A stretch of DNA of 64,000 nucleotides, taken from contig OY970194.1 in assembly GCA_963708075.1 (NCBI GenBank), positions 1,440,001 to 1,504,000 on the forward strand, written 5' to 3'. Below are positions 52,475 through 61,595 of the stretch, piece by piece (position 1 is the stretch's first letter; every line of letters begins with the position of its first letter). Below the pieces are notes generated by a model. It had not been told where the DNA came from. It worked only from the letters and a program-made list of their open reading frames with translations, and ran no database searches. Made by a program: the position numbers and the translations under genes. This DNA comes from Sedimentisphaerales bacterium (GTDB taxonomy: Bacteria > Planctomycetota > Phycisphaerae > Sedimentisphaerales > Anaerobacaceae).

Positions 52475-54070
52475 ATGAGCGGTTTACTGGAAATCTTCGG
52501 CAGGGCGATCACGGTTGATGTATCGGATCTGATCTGGCACTGGCTCAACGAGCAGCGACAGGATCCCGAGGAGTCGGTGCGCAGCCGTCATCTGAACCAA
52601 ATTATCGACCTTATGGGCGAGAGCAGGCTGGAAGAAGCGAACGAGCAGTTGCGGCTGTACCTGTTCGAGAATCCTGCCTGCAATTTCGGCCGCATGGCCG
52701 CTGCCGCCATGTGCCTTCGGGAGTGCCGTCTCAAGGAGGCCATGGAGGAGCTCCAGTCCGTGTACATGCGCCAGCCCCACAACACCATGGCGCTGTATGT
52801 CCTGGGTCACTGCCTCGAACGGCTCGGGCATCAGGCACAGGCTGTCGAGTTCTACCAGGACTGCCTCAAATTCAAGGACTACCTGCAACTGCCCGCCCAG
52901 CGGCTTGGCGCCATCTATTTCAAGGAAGGCCGCCTCGATGAGGCCATCGACCAGTACGAGCCGATGAAGCGGCATTATCCCGACGATATCTCGACGCTGG
53001 TGACCCTGGGACATCTCTATATCGCCGCTCACCGCTACACCAAGGCAGTCGAGACGTTCAATACGGCGATTCTGATCCATCCCGACAACTTCATGTCGCA
53101 GGATGAGTCCATCGACGCTCTGATCGAAAATGGCGAGTTTCAGGAAGCCCTGGATCAGTTGGATGTCCTGCTGACGGACCAGCCGGAACGGCCCGAGCTG
53201 ATCGCCAAGCAGGCGGACATCCTGTCGATGCTAGGCAACACCAGCGACGCGATCACCCAGTACCAGCAGGCCCTGCGCCTCTGCCCGGATTTCCTCGAGG
53301 CGACGATCAAGCTGGGCACGAACTACCTGCGGATGCACGCCGAGCAGCTCGCCGCCCAGCAGTTCAACCGGGCCGTCGAAATCAACGACAAGATCGTCGA
53401 GGCCTACACGGGCCTGGCGGTGGCACAGAAACTGGCCGGCAAGGCTTCAGAGGCCATGCACACCCTTTCGCTGGCCTGCGCGATCCAGCCGAACAGCTCG
53501 TTCCTGTTCACCGAAACGGCCAAGCTCGTCCTCAAAGCGGCCCTGGAGGCGAACCTGCTCTCGGCGCCGGAGGATGGCCGGAGCATGGAACAGGTCGTCC
53601 TCGGCGCCCATGCGAGGCATCTTGAACAATCCCCGAACAATCCCGACCTGCATTACCGGCTGGGCATTCTGTGCATGAACGCCGGGCAATTGCAGCACGC
53701 CGTCGACTGCTTCAACGCCGCCTTGGAGATCAATCCGACCTTTGCCCGTGCCGCCACCAAGCTTGCCGTATGCCTCTTCGAGACCGGACACCAGGAAGAG
53801 GCCCTCGGCCTCATCATGCCTGCCGGCCAATACGATCCCCAGACCCTCGACCTGTACTATAAGACGGCCTTGCTCTATAGCAACCGCGTCAAGTTCGCGT
53901 CGTCCATCATTAACCTGCAGCGGCAGATCGAGCGCAATCTCGGCCCGGACACCGACCCAACCATGAACATCTCCATCATCCTGCAGAATCTCGGCCTGTC
54001 CGATACAGTCGGCGTGATGTGGGAGAACCTCTGCCAGACGGCTGGTCACGCGACCGCTCCAAACGTCTGA
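52475..54070 (+). CDS. Tetratricopeptide repeat protein
   Basis: Many TPR-like repeats (ALYVLGHCL, LVTLGHLY, LHYRLGIL..ALEINP). Confidence 0.88.
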   Translation: MSGLLEIFGRAITVDVSDLIWHWLNEQRQDPEESVRSRHLNQIIDLMGESRLEEANEQLRLYLFENPACNFGRMAAAAMCLRECRLKEAMEELQSVYMRQPHNTMALYVLGHCLERLGHQAQAVEFYQDCLKFKDYLQLPAQRLGAIYFKEGRLDEAIDQYEPMKRHYPDDISTLVTLGHLYIAAHRYTKAVETFNTAILIHPDNFMSQDESIDALIENGEFQEALDQLDVLLTDQPERPELIAKQADILSMLGNTSDAITQYQQALRLCPDFLEATIKLGTNYLRMHAEQLAAQQFNRAVEINDKIVEAYTGLAVAQKLAGKASEAMHTLSLACAIQPNSSFLFTETAKLVLKAALEANLLSAPEDGRSMEQVVLGAHARHLEQSPNNPDLHYRLGILCMNAGQLQHAVDCFNAALEINPTFARAATKLAVCLFETGHQEEALGLIMPAGQYDPQTLDLYYKTALLYSNRVKFASSIINLQRQIERNLGPDTDPTMNISIILQNLGLSDTVGVMWENLCQTAGHATAPNV

Positions 54071-54302
54071 GGGCAGGCAAAAACCCATCCAAAGGCCGAT
54101 TTGACGCTATTCTGCAAGGAATAGCCGAATGAAACATAACATATCTTATAGGACCTTCAAAATGGTGTGATTTCAGCGGTACGCCACCGGGCTTGCTCCT
54201 GAAATCCACCTCCCGTTGACAGTCTCCCACACTGGCTATTAGGATGGCAGACACATCGATAAAGCTCGCCATATGGTGCGCTAGTCCGCGGGAGAACCTG
54301 AG

Positions 54303-54857
54303 ATGAGTCCAAGTACACAGAGATTTGCGGTACGGTGGTCGTGGCTGACCTGGGTCGTCACTCTGGCGGTGAGTAACGTCGTTGCAGTTATCGCAATTTT
54401 GATCTTGCGGGCGGCGAGAGACGCCGGACCGCCTGGCGGCGTGCTCCGTGTATTGGTGACTGCGGCGGCGTTCATGCCTCTCGTCATTTTCGGGGTTTTG
54501 GCGTTCTTCGCACCGCGGGCATTCGAGGTCAATTCAGACGCCGTTGTGGTCAAGCGGCTCGGTAAGGATGTGGTCGTTCCGCTGGAGAGCATCCGCGAGA
54601 TTCGCCGGGTGGAATCCGGGGAGGCTCGTTTCATGTGGCGGCTTTGTGGGTGCGGCGGATTTCTCGGGTGGTTCGGCTTGTTCTACAGTCGCGCCCTGGG
54701 CGAGTTCTGGGCCTACGCGGGCAACCAGGAAGACTTGGTGCTTCTAACACAGACGGACGGCACGAAGATCGTGATCTCACCGTACCCCAGGGACGCTTTC
54801 CTTGAAGCCATTTGGGAAACCGAAGCCGGTCGTCGTCTGCGGCAGGACCGTCGGTAA
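54303..54857 (+). CDS. Membrane protein with bacterial PH-like domain
   Basis: Two TMs, then RLCGCGGFLGWFGLF..G.F.AYA and IVISP. Confidence 0.7.
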   Translation: MSPSTQRFAVRWSWLTWVVTLAVSNVVAVIAILILRAARDAGPPGGVLRVLVTAAAFMPLVIFGVLAFFAPRAFEVNSDAVVVKRLGKDVVVPLESIREIRRVESGEARFMWRLCGCGGFLGWFGLFYSRALGEFWAYAGNQEDLVLLTQTDGTKIVISPYPRDAFLEAIWETEAGRRLRQDRR

Positions 54858-55114
54858 GCGTTCCGGCTTTAACGCCTGGCTGCGTCCGGCCTCGTCAAGA
54901 TGCAATACGACGAGATGAGGCCATCCCCAATGCCGGCGGGTCCGACACTGGCGCCCGTCGGTGTGCGTATTTGCGATCCATGTGCACGGTCCGATAATAT
55001 GCGACTGGCAGGGGGCTTAGATTCGACGATTAACCCGGGTAACGGGCACCCCTACTCACCAGTTCCTCCCCCGCGGCAAACGCACACCACGAGGAAAGCA
55101 GGTCGGAGGCTGCC

Positions 55115-55807
55115 TCAGAATATGGTGGACTGCTCCGACGGGTCTCGCAGGCCGATGGGCTTGCCGAGAATTTCATAATGGAGGATGGCTTTCCTGAGAG
55201 CGTCGGGGTCGCTGGGGTCGATGACCGAGGCGGGATCATAGCCGGCCACGGCCTCACGTTGAACCTCGAGACCCTCCGTGCCTGCCTCGATGGGCTGTAG
55301 TGGACCGAGTGCCACACCTGCCAGGTCGCCGGTCACTGGTGCGAAGTCAGGCATAGTTACTTCGCGTCTCGGTTCAGCCGGCGTCATCGCGGCTTTGCGT
55401 CCCGCAGCGGAGTCCGGCGCTGACTCGGTCCGCTCATAGACCATGACTGACTCACCGCCCTTGCCGGAACGAACGGTGATTTTGCCGGGCGGACGCTCCT
55501 GCACCTGCTCTCGCTGGCGGGCCCTTTCCTCCAGCCGCTGCCGCATGCGCTCCGCGTCTTCACCGCTGCGTCCCTCCATGGCCCGTTGCAGTTCCTCCGC
55601 CTTTCGTGCCAGCCGCTGTTGCCACGACTCACGTTGCTGCCCAGCCGGACCGCCCACTTGAGTCTGCGATGACTTTCTCTTGCCGGCGGCCTTGATCAAC
55701 GATGCAAACAGCCAGAGAACCGCCATGACAACGAGGATCAGGAAATTGACCATCTCGTCCGAGTCGATCTGGGCGACGATATGCAATTGTGCTAACAGAG
55801 AGTTCAC
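55115..55807 (-). CDS. YqfB-like membrane protein following floA
   Basis: N-terminal TM, charged linker, C-terminal LRKAILHYEILGKP. Confidence 0.7.
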   Translation of the reverse strand: MNSLLAQLHIVAQIDSDEMVNFLILVVMAVLWLFASLIKAAGKRKSSQTQVGGPAGQQRESWQQRLARKAEELQRAMEGRSGEDAERMRQRLEERARQREQVQERPPGKITVRSGKGGESVMVYERTESAPDSAAGRKAAMTPAEPRREVTMPDFAPVTGDLAGVALGPLQPIEAGTEGLEVQREAVAGYDPASVIDPSDPDALRKAILHYEILGKPIGLRDPSEQSTIF

Positions 55808-55846
55808 GGGTCACTCATCTCCTTCTCGTCGCGTGTGGCGCACGCT

Positions 55847-55949
55847 TGTCATCCTGAGCCGCAGGCGAAGGATCTGGGCGGCAAATAGGACATTTCAACA
55901 CGTACACAAGCCCGATCCTTCACGCCGCTGCGCTCCGTTCAGGATGACA
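55847..55949. repeat. REP-like palindromic element (GTCATCCTGAGC...GAAGGATC type)
   Basis: TGTCATCCTGAGC..GCGAAGGATC...GATCCTTC..TTCAGGATGACA inverted arms. Confidence 0.85.
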
Positions 55950-55996
55950 AATCTGACACACGGACTCACATAGAGAACTACTCAGCCTGCGGGCGG

Positions 55997-57001
55997 TTAC
56001 TCCGTCTTCTTCGGCTTTGCGATGGACTCTCGCATCTGGGTGTCGGCCCCGATATTCTTGAGCCGATAGTAATCCATGATGCCCAGATTGCCCGCGCGGA
56101 AGGCCTCGGAGATAGCCAGGGGCACCTTGGCCTCATTCTCGACGACCAGCGCCCGCATTTCCTGCTCGCGTGCGACGGCCATGGCTCGCCGTTTCTCCGC
56201 CTCGGCCTTAGCCCGCCGCATGTCGGCCTCCGCCTGCGCCACCTGAAGCTGGGCGCCGACGTTCTCACCGACGTCCACGTCGGCAATGTCGATCGAAAGA
56301 ATCTCGAACGCCGTACCGGCATCCAGACCCTTGCCCAGCACGGACTTGGAAATCCTATCCGGGTTTTCCAGCACCTGCTTGTACGTGACCGAGCTGCCGA
56401 TGGTCGTTACGATGCCCTCGCCGACGCGTGCGATAATCGTCTCCTCCGTAGCACCGCCAACCAGCCTCTGGATATTCGTCCGGACGGTCACGCGGGCCTT
56501 GGCCCGGAGCTGAATGCCGTCCTGAGCCACGGCGTCCACGGTTTCCTTGCCTTTTTTCGGGTCGGGACAGTCAATCACTTTTGGATTCACGCTGGTCTGG
56601 ATGGCGTCGAGGATATCACGTCCGGCCAGGTCGATGGCGGTTGCTGTCTTCAACGGCAGGTTGATGTTGGCGCGGTCGGCCGCAATCAGCGCCCGCACCA
56701 CGTTCGGCACGCGGCCCCCGGCCAAGTAGTGACTTTCCAGGTCCTGCGTCGTCAACTGCAGGCCGGCCTGCACCGCCGTGATCTTGCTCAGCACGATCGT
56801 CCTGCGGTCCACCTTGCGAAGCCACATGCCGACCAGCTCGGACAGCCTGACGTCGGCCCGAGAGAAATACGCCTGCAGCCACAATCGGGCAAACCCGATC
56901 ACGACCAGCCCGACAACCAGCAAAACGATCAGGAAGAGGATTCCCAGCCCGACGATCAGCGGATTGCCTCCCTGCAGCAACACTCCTGTTAAACCTAACA
57001 T
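55997..57001 (-). CDS. floA: Flotillin-like protein FloA (YqfA)
   Basis: [51 protein letters not shown]. Confidence 0.95.
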   Translation of the reverse strand: MLGLTGVLLQGGNPLIVGLGILFLIVLLVVGLVVIGFARLWLQAYFSRADVRLSELVGMWLRKVDRRTIVLSKITAVQAGLQLTTQDLESHYLAGGRVPNVVRALIAADRANINLPLKTATAIDLAGRDILDAIQTSVNPKVIDCPDPKKGKETVDAVAQDGIQLRAKARVTVRTNIQRLVGGATEETIIARVGEGIVTTIGSSVTYKQVLENPDRISKSVLGKGLDAGTAFEILSIDIADVDVGENVGAQLQVAQAEADMRRAKAEAEKRRAMAVAREQEMRALVVENEAKVPLAISEAFRAGNLGIMDYYRLKNIGADTQMRESIAKPKKTE

Positions 57002-57016
57002 TGTTCAGTCCTTTCA

Positions 57017-57511
57017 CTAAGCCTCGTCTACAACCCGTACAGTCACCTGCATATCCTCGACGCGGATTACTTTGACTACTTTGTCCTTCTCTACATATCC
57101 GCCTTCGGCCACGCATTCAACTCTTCGTCCGTCGAAACTGCACATTCCGACGGGGCGCATCGTCGTCAGTACCCGGCCTGTCCGGCCAAGGAGCTCCTTC
57201 ATCTCGGCCGTATCCAGGATGGCATCGCCACGCTCACGCACCGGTGGCGCCAGAAGCGCCCGCCGTCCAAACCGCGTCCTCGGGAAAACCTTGTACGCGA
57301 CGGCTACGATGGAAGGCACCATGATCAACCCGGCGATGAGGCCGATCCATCCCGCCGCGGCGCTGTGGTGAAAGAAGATCCACACCCCGCCCACCAGACA
57401 CGTCAGCGCACAGATGCTCAACAGCCCGGCGCTTGGGACAAACACCTCTGCAATGATCAGTCCCGCACAGGCTATATAGAGGAAAACAGCGAGTAGCAGC
57501 CACCAGTCCAC
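57017..57511 (-). CDS. Short NfeD-family protein
   Basis: AEVFVPSAG, three TMs, OB-fold G...T.MRPVG; GTG start. Confidence 0.85.
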   Translation of the reverse strand: MDWWLLLAVFLYIACAGLIIAEVFVPSAGLLSICALTCLVGGVWIFFHHSAAAGWIGLIAGLIMVPSIVAVAYKVFPRTRFGRRALLAPPVRERGDAILDTAEMKELLGRTGRVLTTMRPVGMCSFDGRRVECVAEGGYVEKDKVVKVIRVEDMQVTVRVVDEA

Positions 57512-57576
57512 AGACGCATCCTTTGCATAATCAAGCCAAATATCCCTACATCAACCACACTACCCCCCTATCTACT

Positions 57577-59136
57577 CTACGTTTCGTCGCCCGATTGGGC
57601 CTTTTTGACGACGACCCGGCTGCCATGAATTTCGATAATCTGGACCTCCGTCCCCCTGCCGAGGAAGTCCCCGGCGGCCACGACGTCCACGATGGCGTCG
57701 CCGAAGCGGGCCTTGCCTGCCGGCCGCAGGGTTGAGAGCACCTCGCCGATATCGCCAACCTGTACGCCCATGGAGGCGCTTTCCGGCGGGCTCGTCATGC
57801 TGATTCGTGCTCCGCTCCTGCCGGTAGCTGCTACGGCAGGCGAGAGAATCAGCCCGCTCAGGAACGGAATTTTGGGCAGGTATCGCGAGAGCAACCACGC
57901 TAGAACCACAAACCCCGCGAATCCGGCCGCCAGCCCGATTATGCCGGAGGATAGGCTCTGCCAATCCCCTACCGTGTCCGGCCAGGGAATCTCGTCCGGC
58001 GCGTTGCGGATCAGCATCCCGAACAAACCGATCACCACGCAAATGATGCCGAGGAACCCCGCCACTCCGAACCCCGGTAGCACGAAGATCTCCACCAGCA
58101 GCAGCCCAAGCCCGATGAATAGCAGAATGATCTCCACCCAGTTCGCCATCCCGACGAGGTACTTGCTGCCCAGGATCAGGGCAAAGCAGACGACCGCCAC
58201 CAGCCCCGGAAGTCCGAACCCCGGCGTGCTGAACTCAATGTACGCTCCCAGCAGAGCCAGCATGAACAGGATGCCCATCACGATGGGCGAGTTGAGCCAA
58301 CTGACCATCAGCTCCGACCAACTCGGCTCGAGCACCTTCGGCGCCTCGACGAAGACCACATTATCCCGTTTCTCGAGGAAGACCAGCGCTCCATTCAGGT
58401 CTTTCACAACTGCCCTGGCGACGCCGTATTCCAGGGCCCGCGTCGCGGTCAACGTCAACAGCTCGTCGCTGCCGTTGATCATCTCGGCCTTTTCCACCTC
58501 GTACTGGTTCGGGTCCTTGGGCAGGCCGTCCTTTTCGAAGAACTCGTACTGCCCTGTCTTCAGGTTCAGCACGCGGTAGACCTCGATCTGCATGCTGACC
58601 ATGGCCTTGAGGAGCAGCGCGGGGTAGCCGTTGGCCTCCGCCGCCCGCTGGAACGCTGCCCGGACGAAACTCTCCGCCTTCTCCCGCTCGACGCCCTCCA
58701 GCTTGCCGCCCATCGTGATCGGCGCCGCATCGCCGATGGTCGTATTCTCCAGCATGATGACGTCCTGGCAGGAGACGCCGATCAGGGCCCCGGCGGAGAT
58801 CGCCTCAGTGGTGACATACGCAATGGTATGACCGCGGGGAGCGACTTGCTGGATCAGGTATTTTGCGATCGAATCCGCGGCGTCGACCATCCCGCCATAG
58901 GTTTCGATCTGATATACGAGGTAATCCGCCCCCGCTCTCAGGGCGATCTCGCTGCGTCGTTTCATCGAGTAGAACAGGGCCTGATCAATCATGCCCTTGC
59001 ATGGAATCACCACCGCCTTGGCGTCTCGCGCTGGACGGGTCGGGGCATCCGACGTATTCAGGCCGGCGGCTCTCACCCACCCCCAGGCGGCCAAGCCCAA
59101 AACGACGACAAAGATCACTCGCAATGCCTTCTTCAT
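57577..59136 (-). CDS. Long NfeD protein with ClpP-like protease domain
   Basis: ETYGG, AISAG (Ser), REK (Lys), LLTLT, TPGFG, LPGFG, LRPAGKA. Confidence 0.9.
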   Translation of the reverse strand: MKKALRVIFVVVLGLAAWGWVRAAGLNTSDAPTRPARDAKAVVIPCKGMIDQALFYSMKRRSEIALRAGADYLVYQIETYGGMVDAADSIAKYLIQQVAPRGHTIAYVTTEAISAGALIGVSCQDVIMLENTTIGDAAPITMGGKLEGVEREKAESFVRAAFQRAAEANGYPALLLKAMVSMQIEVYRVLNLKTGQYEFFEKDGLPKDPNQYEVEKAEMINGSDELLTLTATRALEYGVARAVVKDLNGALVFLEKRDNVVFVEAPKVLEPSWSELMVSWLNSPIVMGILFMLALLGAYIEFSTPGFGLPGLVAVVCFALILGSKYLVGMANWVEIILLFIGLGLLLVEIFVLPGFGVAGFLGIICVVIGLFGMLIRNAPDEIPWPDTVGDWQSLSSGIIGLAAGFAGFVVLAWLLSRYLPKIPFLSGLILSPAVAATGRSGARISMTSPPESASMGVQVGDIGEVLSTLRPAGKARFGDAIVDVVAAGDFLGRGTEVQIIEIHGSRVVVKKAQSGDET

Positions 59137-59321
59137 GGCCACGATTCTACTGCCCCGCCACATCCTTGGCAATAAAATGCCACTTCTTGTGCCGCCGGCG
59201 CCCTGGTATAATATTGTCATGATCGGCCTTGCGCAGGGCTAAACTTCTTCGTCCCCGACGCGTATAATAGGCCAACGCTCTTCGCACGTGCGTGATTCAA
59301 CGAAGGTTTGATGGAGTCTAT

Positions 59322-59741
59322 ATGGCTGGGCATCTGCAGTATATCGCGTTCATCTCCATGCCGGGCACCGGTGAATGGATGGTGATCCTTTTCATTGGCC
59401 TGCTTATCTTCGGCAGACGCCTGCCCGAGGTCGCACGCAATCTCGGAAAGACCGTCAACGAGTTCAAGAGGGGCCTGCGCGACTTCCAGGAGAGCGCCGA
59501 TGAGGTCGTCAGCGACGTCAATAAAATCAAGAGCGATGTCGTGAACGACGTTGCCGCGGAGGTCAAAGAGGCTTCCGGCGTGGACGGCACCTACGACGAT
59601 TCGCATGGCTACCAATACAGCGAGGGCGAAACCGTCAGCGACGCCGGCAAGACCGAGAGCGAGACTGTAACCGAACCCACGGAAACCGCCGGCCCGAGCG
59701 ACCAGAACTCCGGCGTTGAGAACATCGAGCCGATGAAATAG
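59322..59741 (+). CDS. tatA: Twin-arginine translocase TatA/E subunit
   Basis: GEW..LLIFGRRLPEVARNLGK..EFKRG; acidic tail. Confidence 0.9.
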   Translation: MAGHLQYIAFISMPGTGEWMVILFIGLLIFGRRLPEVARNLGKTVNEFKRGLRDFQESADEVVSDVNKIKSDVVNDVAAEVKEASGVDGTYDDSHGYQYSEGETVSDAGKTESETVTEPTETAGPSDQNSGVENIEPMK

Positions 59742-59756
59742 CCCGCGATTCTCCCG

Positions 59757-60512
59757 CTACTTCATTTTGCGGATGCGGACCTCGGTATCCTTCGTGTCTT
59801 TCAGCAGATTGACCAGCTCGTTCGGGTCCGTGTCACCATAGTGGTACGGGTAGAGGACTTTCGGCTTGAATGCCCTGGCCGCATCAGCCACCATCGCCGG
59901 CGTCATCGTGTAGGGCAGATTCATCGGCAGGAAGGCGATGTCGATCTTTTCAAGCTTCTTCATTTCCGGCGTGTTCTCCGTGTCCCCCGCCACATACACC
60001 CGCGTCTCGCCAAATGTCACGATATAGCCGTTGCCGACGCCCTTGGGGTGGAACGGCTGCCGGTCCGGCCGCTTCTGCACGATATTGTATGCCGGAATCG
60101 CCTCAACCTTGAGACCCTGGACCGTCTGCACGTCGCCATTCTTCATCACGATCCCGTCCGGCACCTTGTCCGCACACGCCTTGGTCACCACCACCTTCGT
60201 GTTCTCGCCGCGAACTGCGCTCACAGCCTTCGGGTCCAGATGGTCCTGATGCTCGTGCGTGATCAGCACGAGGTCGGCTTTCGGCAGCTTCGTGTAATCC
60301 GCCAGCCGCGTCCACGGGTCCACGTGCACCACCTTGCCGCCATAATCGAACATCAGTGTCGCATGCCCGATGAACGTGATCTTCAACTCCCCTGTCTTCG
60401 TCGCAATGGTGTCTATCTCGAACATCTTCTCCCCCTGTCCTCTTTCTGCCGCTCCTGCAGCAACGATCAACAGCGCCGCCACAATTCCGAATGCCGCTAT
60501 CTTTTTCATCAT
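59757..60512 (-). CDS. Exported metallo-beta-lactamase-fold hydrolase
   Basis: Signal peptide; GHAT, THEHQDH, AGDT, PYHY. Confidence 0.9.
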   Translation of the reverse strand: MMKKIAAFGIVAALLIVAAGAAERGQGEKMFEIDTIATKTGELKITFIGHATLMFDYGGKVVHVDPWTRLADYTKLPKADLVLITHEHQDHLDPKAVSAVRGENTKVVVTKACADKVPDGIVMKNGDVQTVQGLKVEAIPAYNIVQKRPDRQPFHPKGVGNGYIVTFGETRVYVAGDTENTPEMKKLEKIDIAFLPMNLPYTMTPAMVADAARAFKPKVLYPYHYGDTDPNELVNLLKDTKDTEVRIRKMK

Positions 60513-60712
60513 AAACTCCTTTCGATGTCCCCCAGAATCGAATCCACGGATATTTCCTATATCCTAAGCCCGGAGCCGAGGATCGGCAATAGGTTTGCCG
60601 ATTTTGACGCGCCTGTCGCACATTCACGCGGAGGATGTGCTGGCATCCGGGCAGTTCGCGTTGTAGCATAGCGACCATGATGCACAAGGGCCCAGTTTTT
60701 GAAAGGAACACT

Positions 60713-61579
60713 GTGGTGAAGGGACAAAGCCTGTCGTTGTGTCTTCTGCTTTTGGTCGTGGCGATTGCCGGATGCAATGCGGTCAACTCTTCGACAACGG
60801 AGGCTGCGCCGGAGGGCTATGTCCTCGCTTGGGCCGATGAGTTCAACAAGCCCGGCCCGCCGGATCCGACCAACTGGACCTTTGAGCGAGGCTTCGTGCG
60901 CAACGAGGAACTGCAATGGTACCAGCCGGAGAACGCGTCATGCAAGGACGGGATGCTGGTGATCGAGGCCCGGCGCGAGCGCCTGACGAATCCTTCCTAT
61001 GACCCGAACAATCGTAGCTGGAGACGCAGCAGGCAATATGCCGAATACACATCGGCTTGTCTCATCACGAAGGGACTGCACAACTGGACCTATGGGCGTT
61101 TCGAGATGCGAGGGCGGATCGACACGCGGCCGGGGATGTGGCCCGCCTTTTGGACACTCGGCTCGGCTCGTTCCTGGCCCGGCTGCGGTGAAATCGACAT
61201 CATGGAGTACTACCGTGGGATGCTGCTGGCCAACGCCTGCTGGGCCGGCCAAAGAAGAGGCGCAACGGTCTGGGACGATCTCAAGAAGCCAATCACCGAG
61301 TTCGCCGATCCAAATTGGTCGTCCAAGTTCCACACCTGGCGGATGGACTGGGACCAGAACCAGATCCAGCTCTACGTCGATGGCGAGCTTCTGAACAGCA
61401 TCGATTTGACCAGGACCATCAATGGGACTGGGGACAAAGCCAACCCCTTCCACGAGCCGCACTACATCCTGCTCAATCTCGCCATCGGCGGCGCCAACGG
61501 CGGCGACCCGTCCCAAACCCCCTTCCCCGCCCGTTTCGAAATCGACTACGTCCGCGTTTATCAGAAGCTGTCCCAGTGA
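60713..61579 (+). CDS. GH16-family glycoside hydrolase lipoprotein (laminarinase-like)
   Basis: IAGC lipobox; WADEF, RNEELQWY, WPAFW, GEIDIME catalytic motif. Confidence 0.92.
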   Translation: MVKGQSLSLCLLLLVVAIAGCNAVNSSTTEAAPEGYVLAWADEFNKPGPPDPTNWTFERGFVRNEELQWYQPENASCKDGMLVIEARRERLTNPSYDPNNRSWRRSRQYAEYTSACLITKGLHNWTYGRFEMRGRIDTRPGMWPAFWTLGSARSWPGCGEIDIMEYYRGMLLANACWAGQRRGATVWDDLKKPITEFADPNWSSKFHTWRMDWDQNQIQLYVDGELLNSIDLTRTINGTGDKANPFHEPHYILLNLAIGGANGGDPSQTPFPARFEIDYVRVYQKLSQ

Positions 61580-61595
61580 CGGAGCCGGTCACGCC

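Noticed and set aside
55011..55062. GGGGGCTTAGATTCGAC...CACCA resembling tmRNA or tRNA ends
   Set aside because: Too short, with no T-arm, no acceptor-stem pairing and no tag reading frame.
60584..60599. sigma-54 -24/-12 site (CGGCAATAGGTTTGC) upstream of the GH16 gene
   Set aside because: GG-N10-GC spacing is right but the match to TGGCAC is weak; could be chance.
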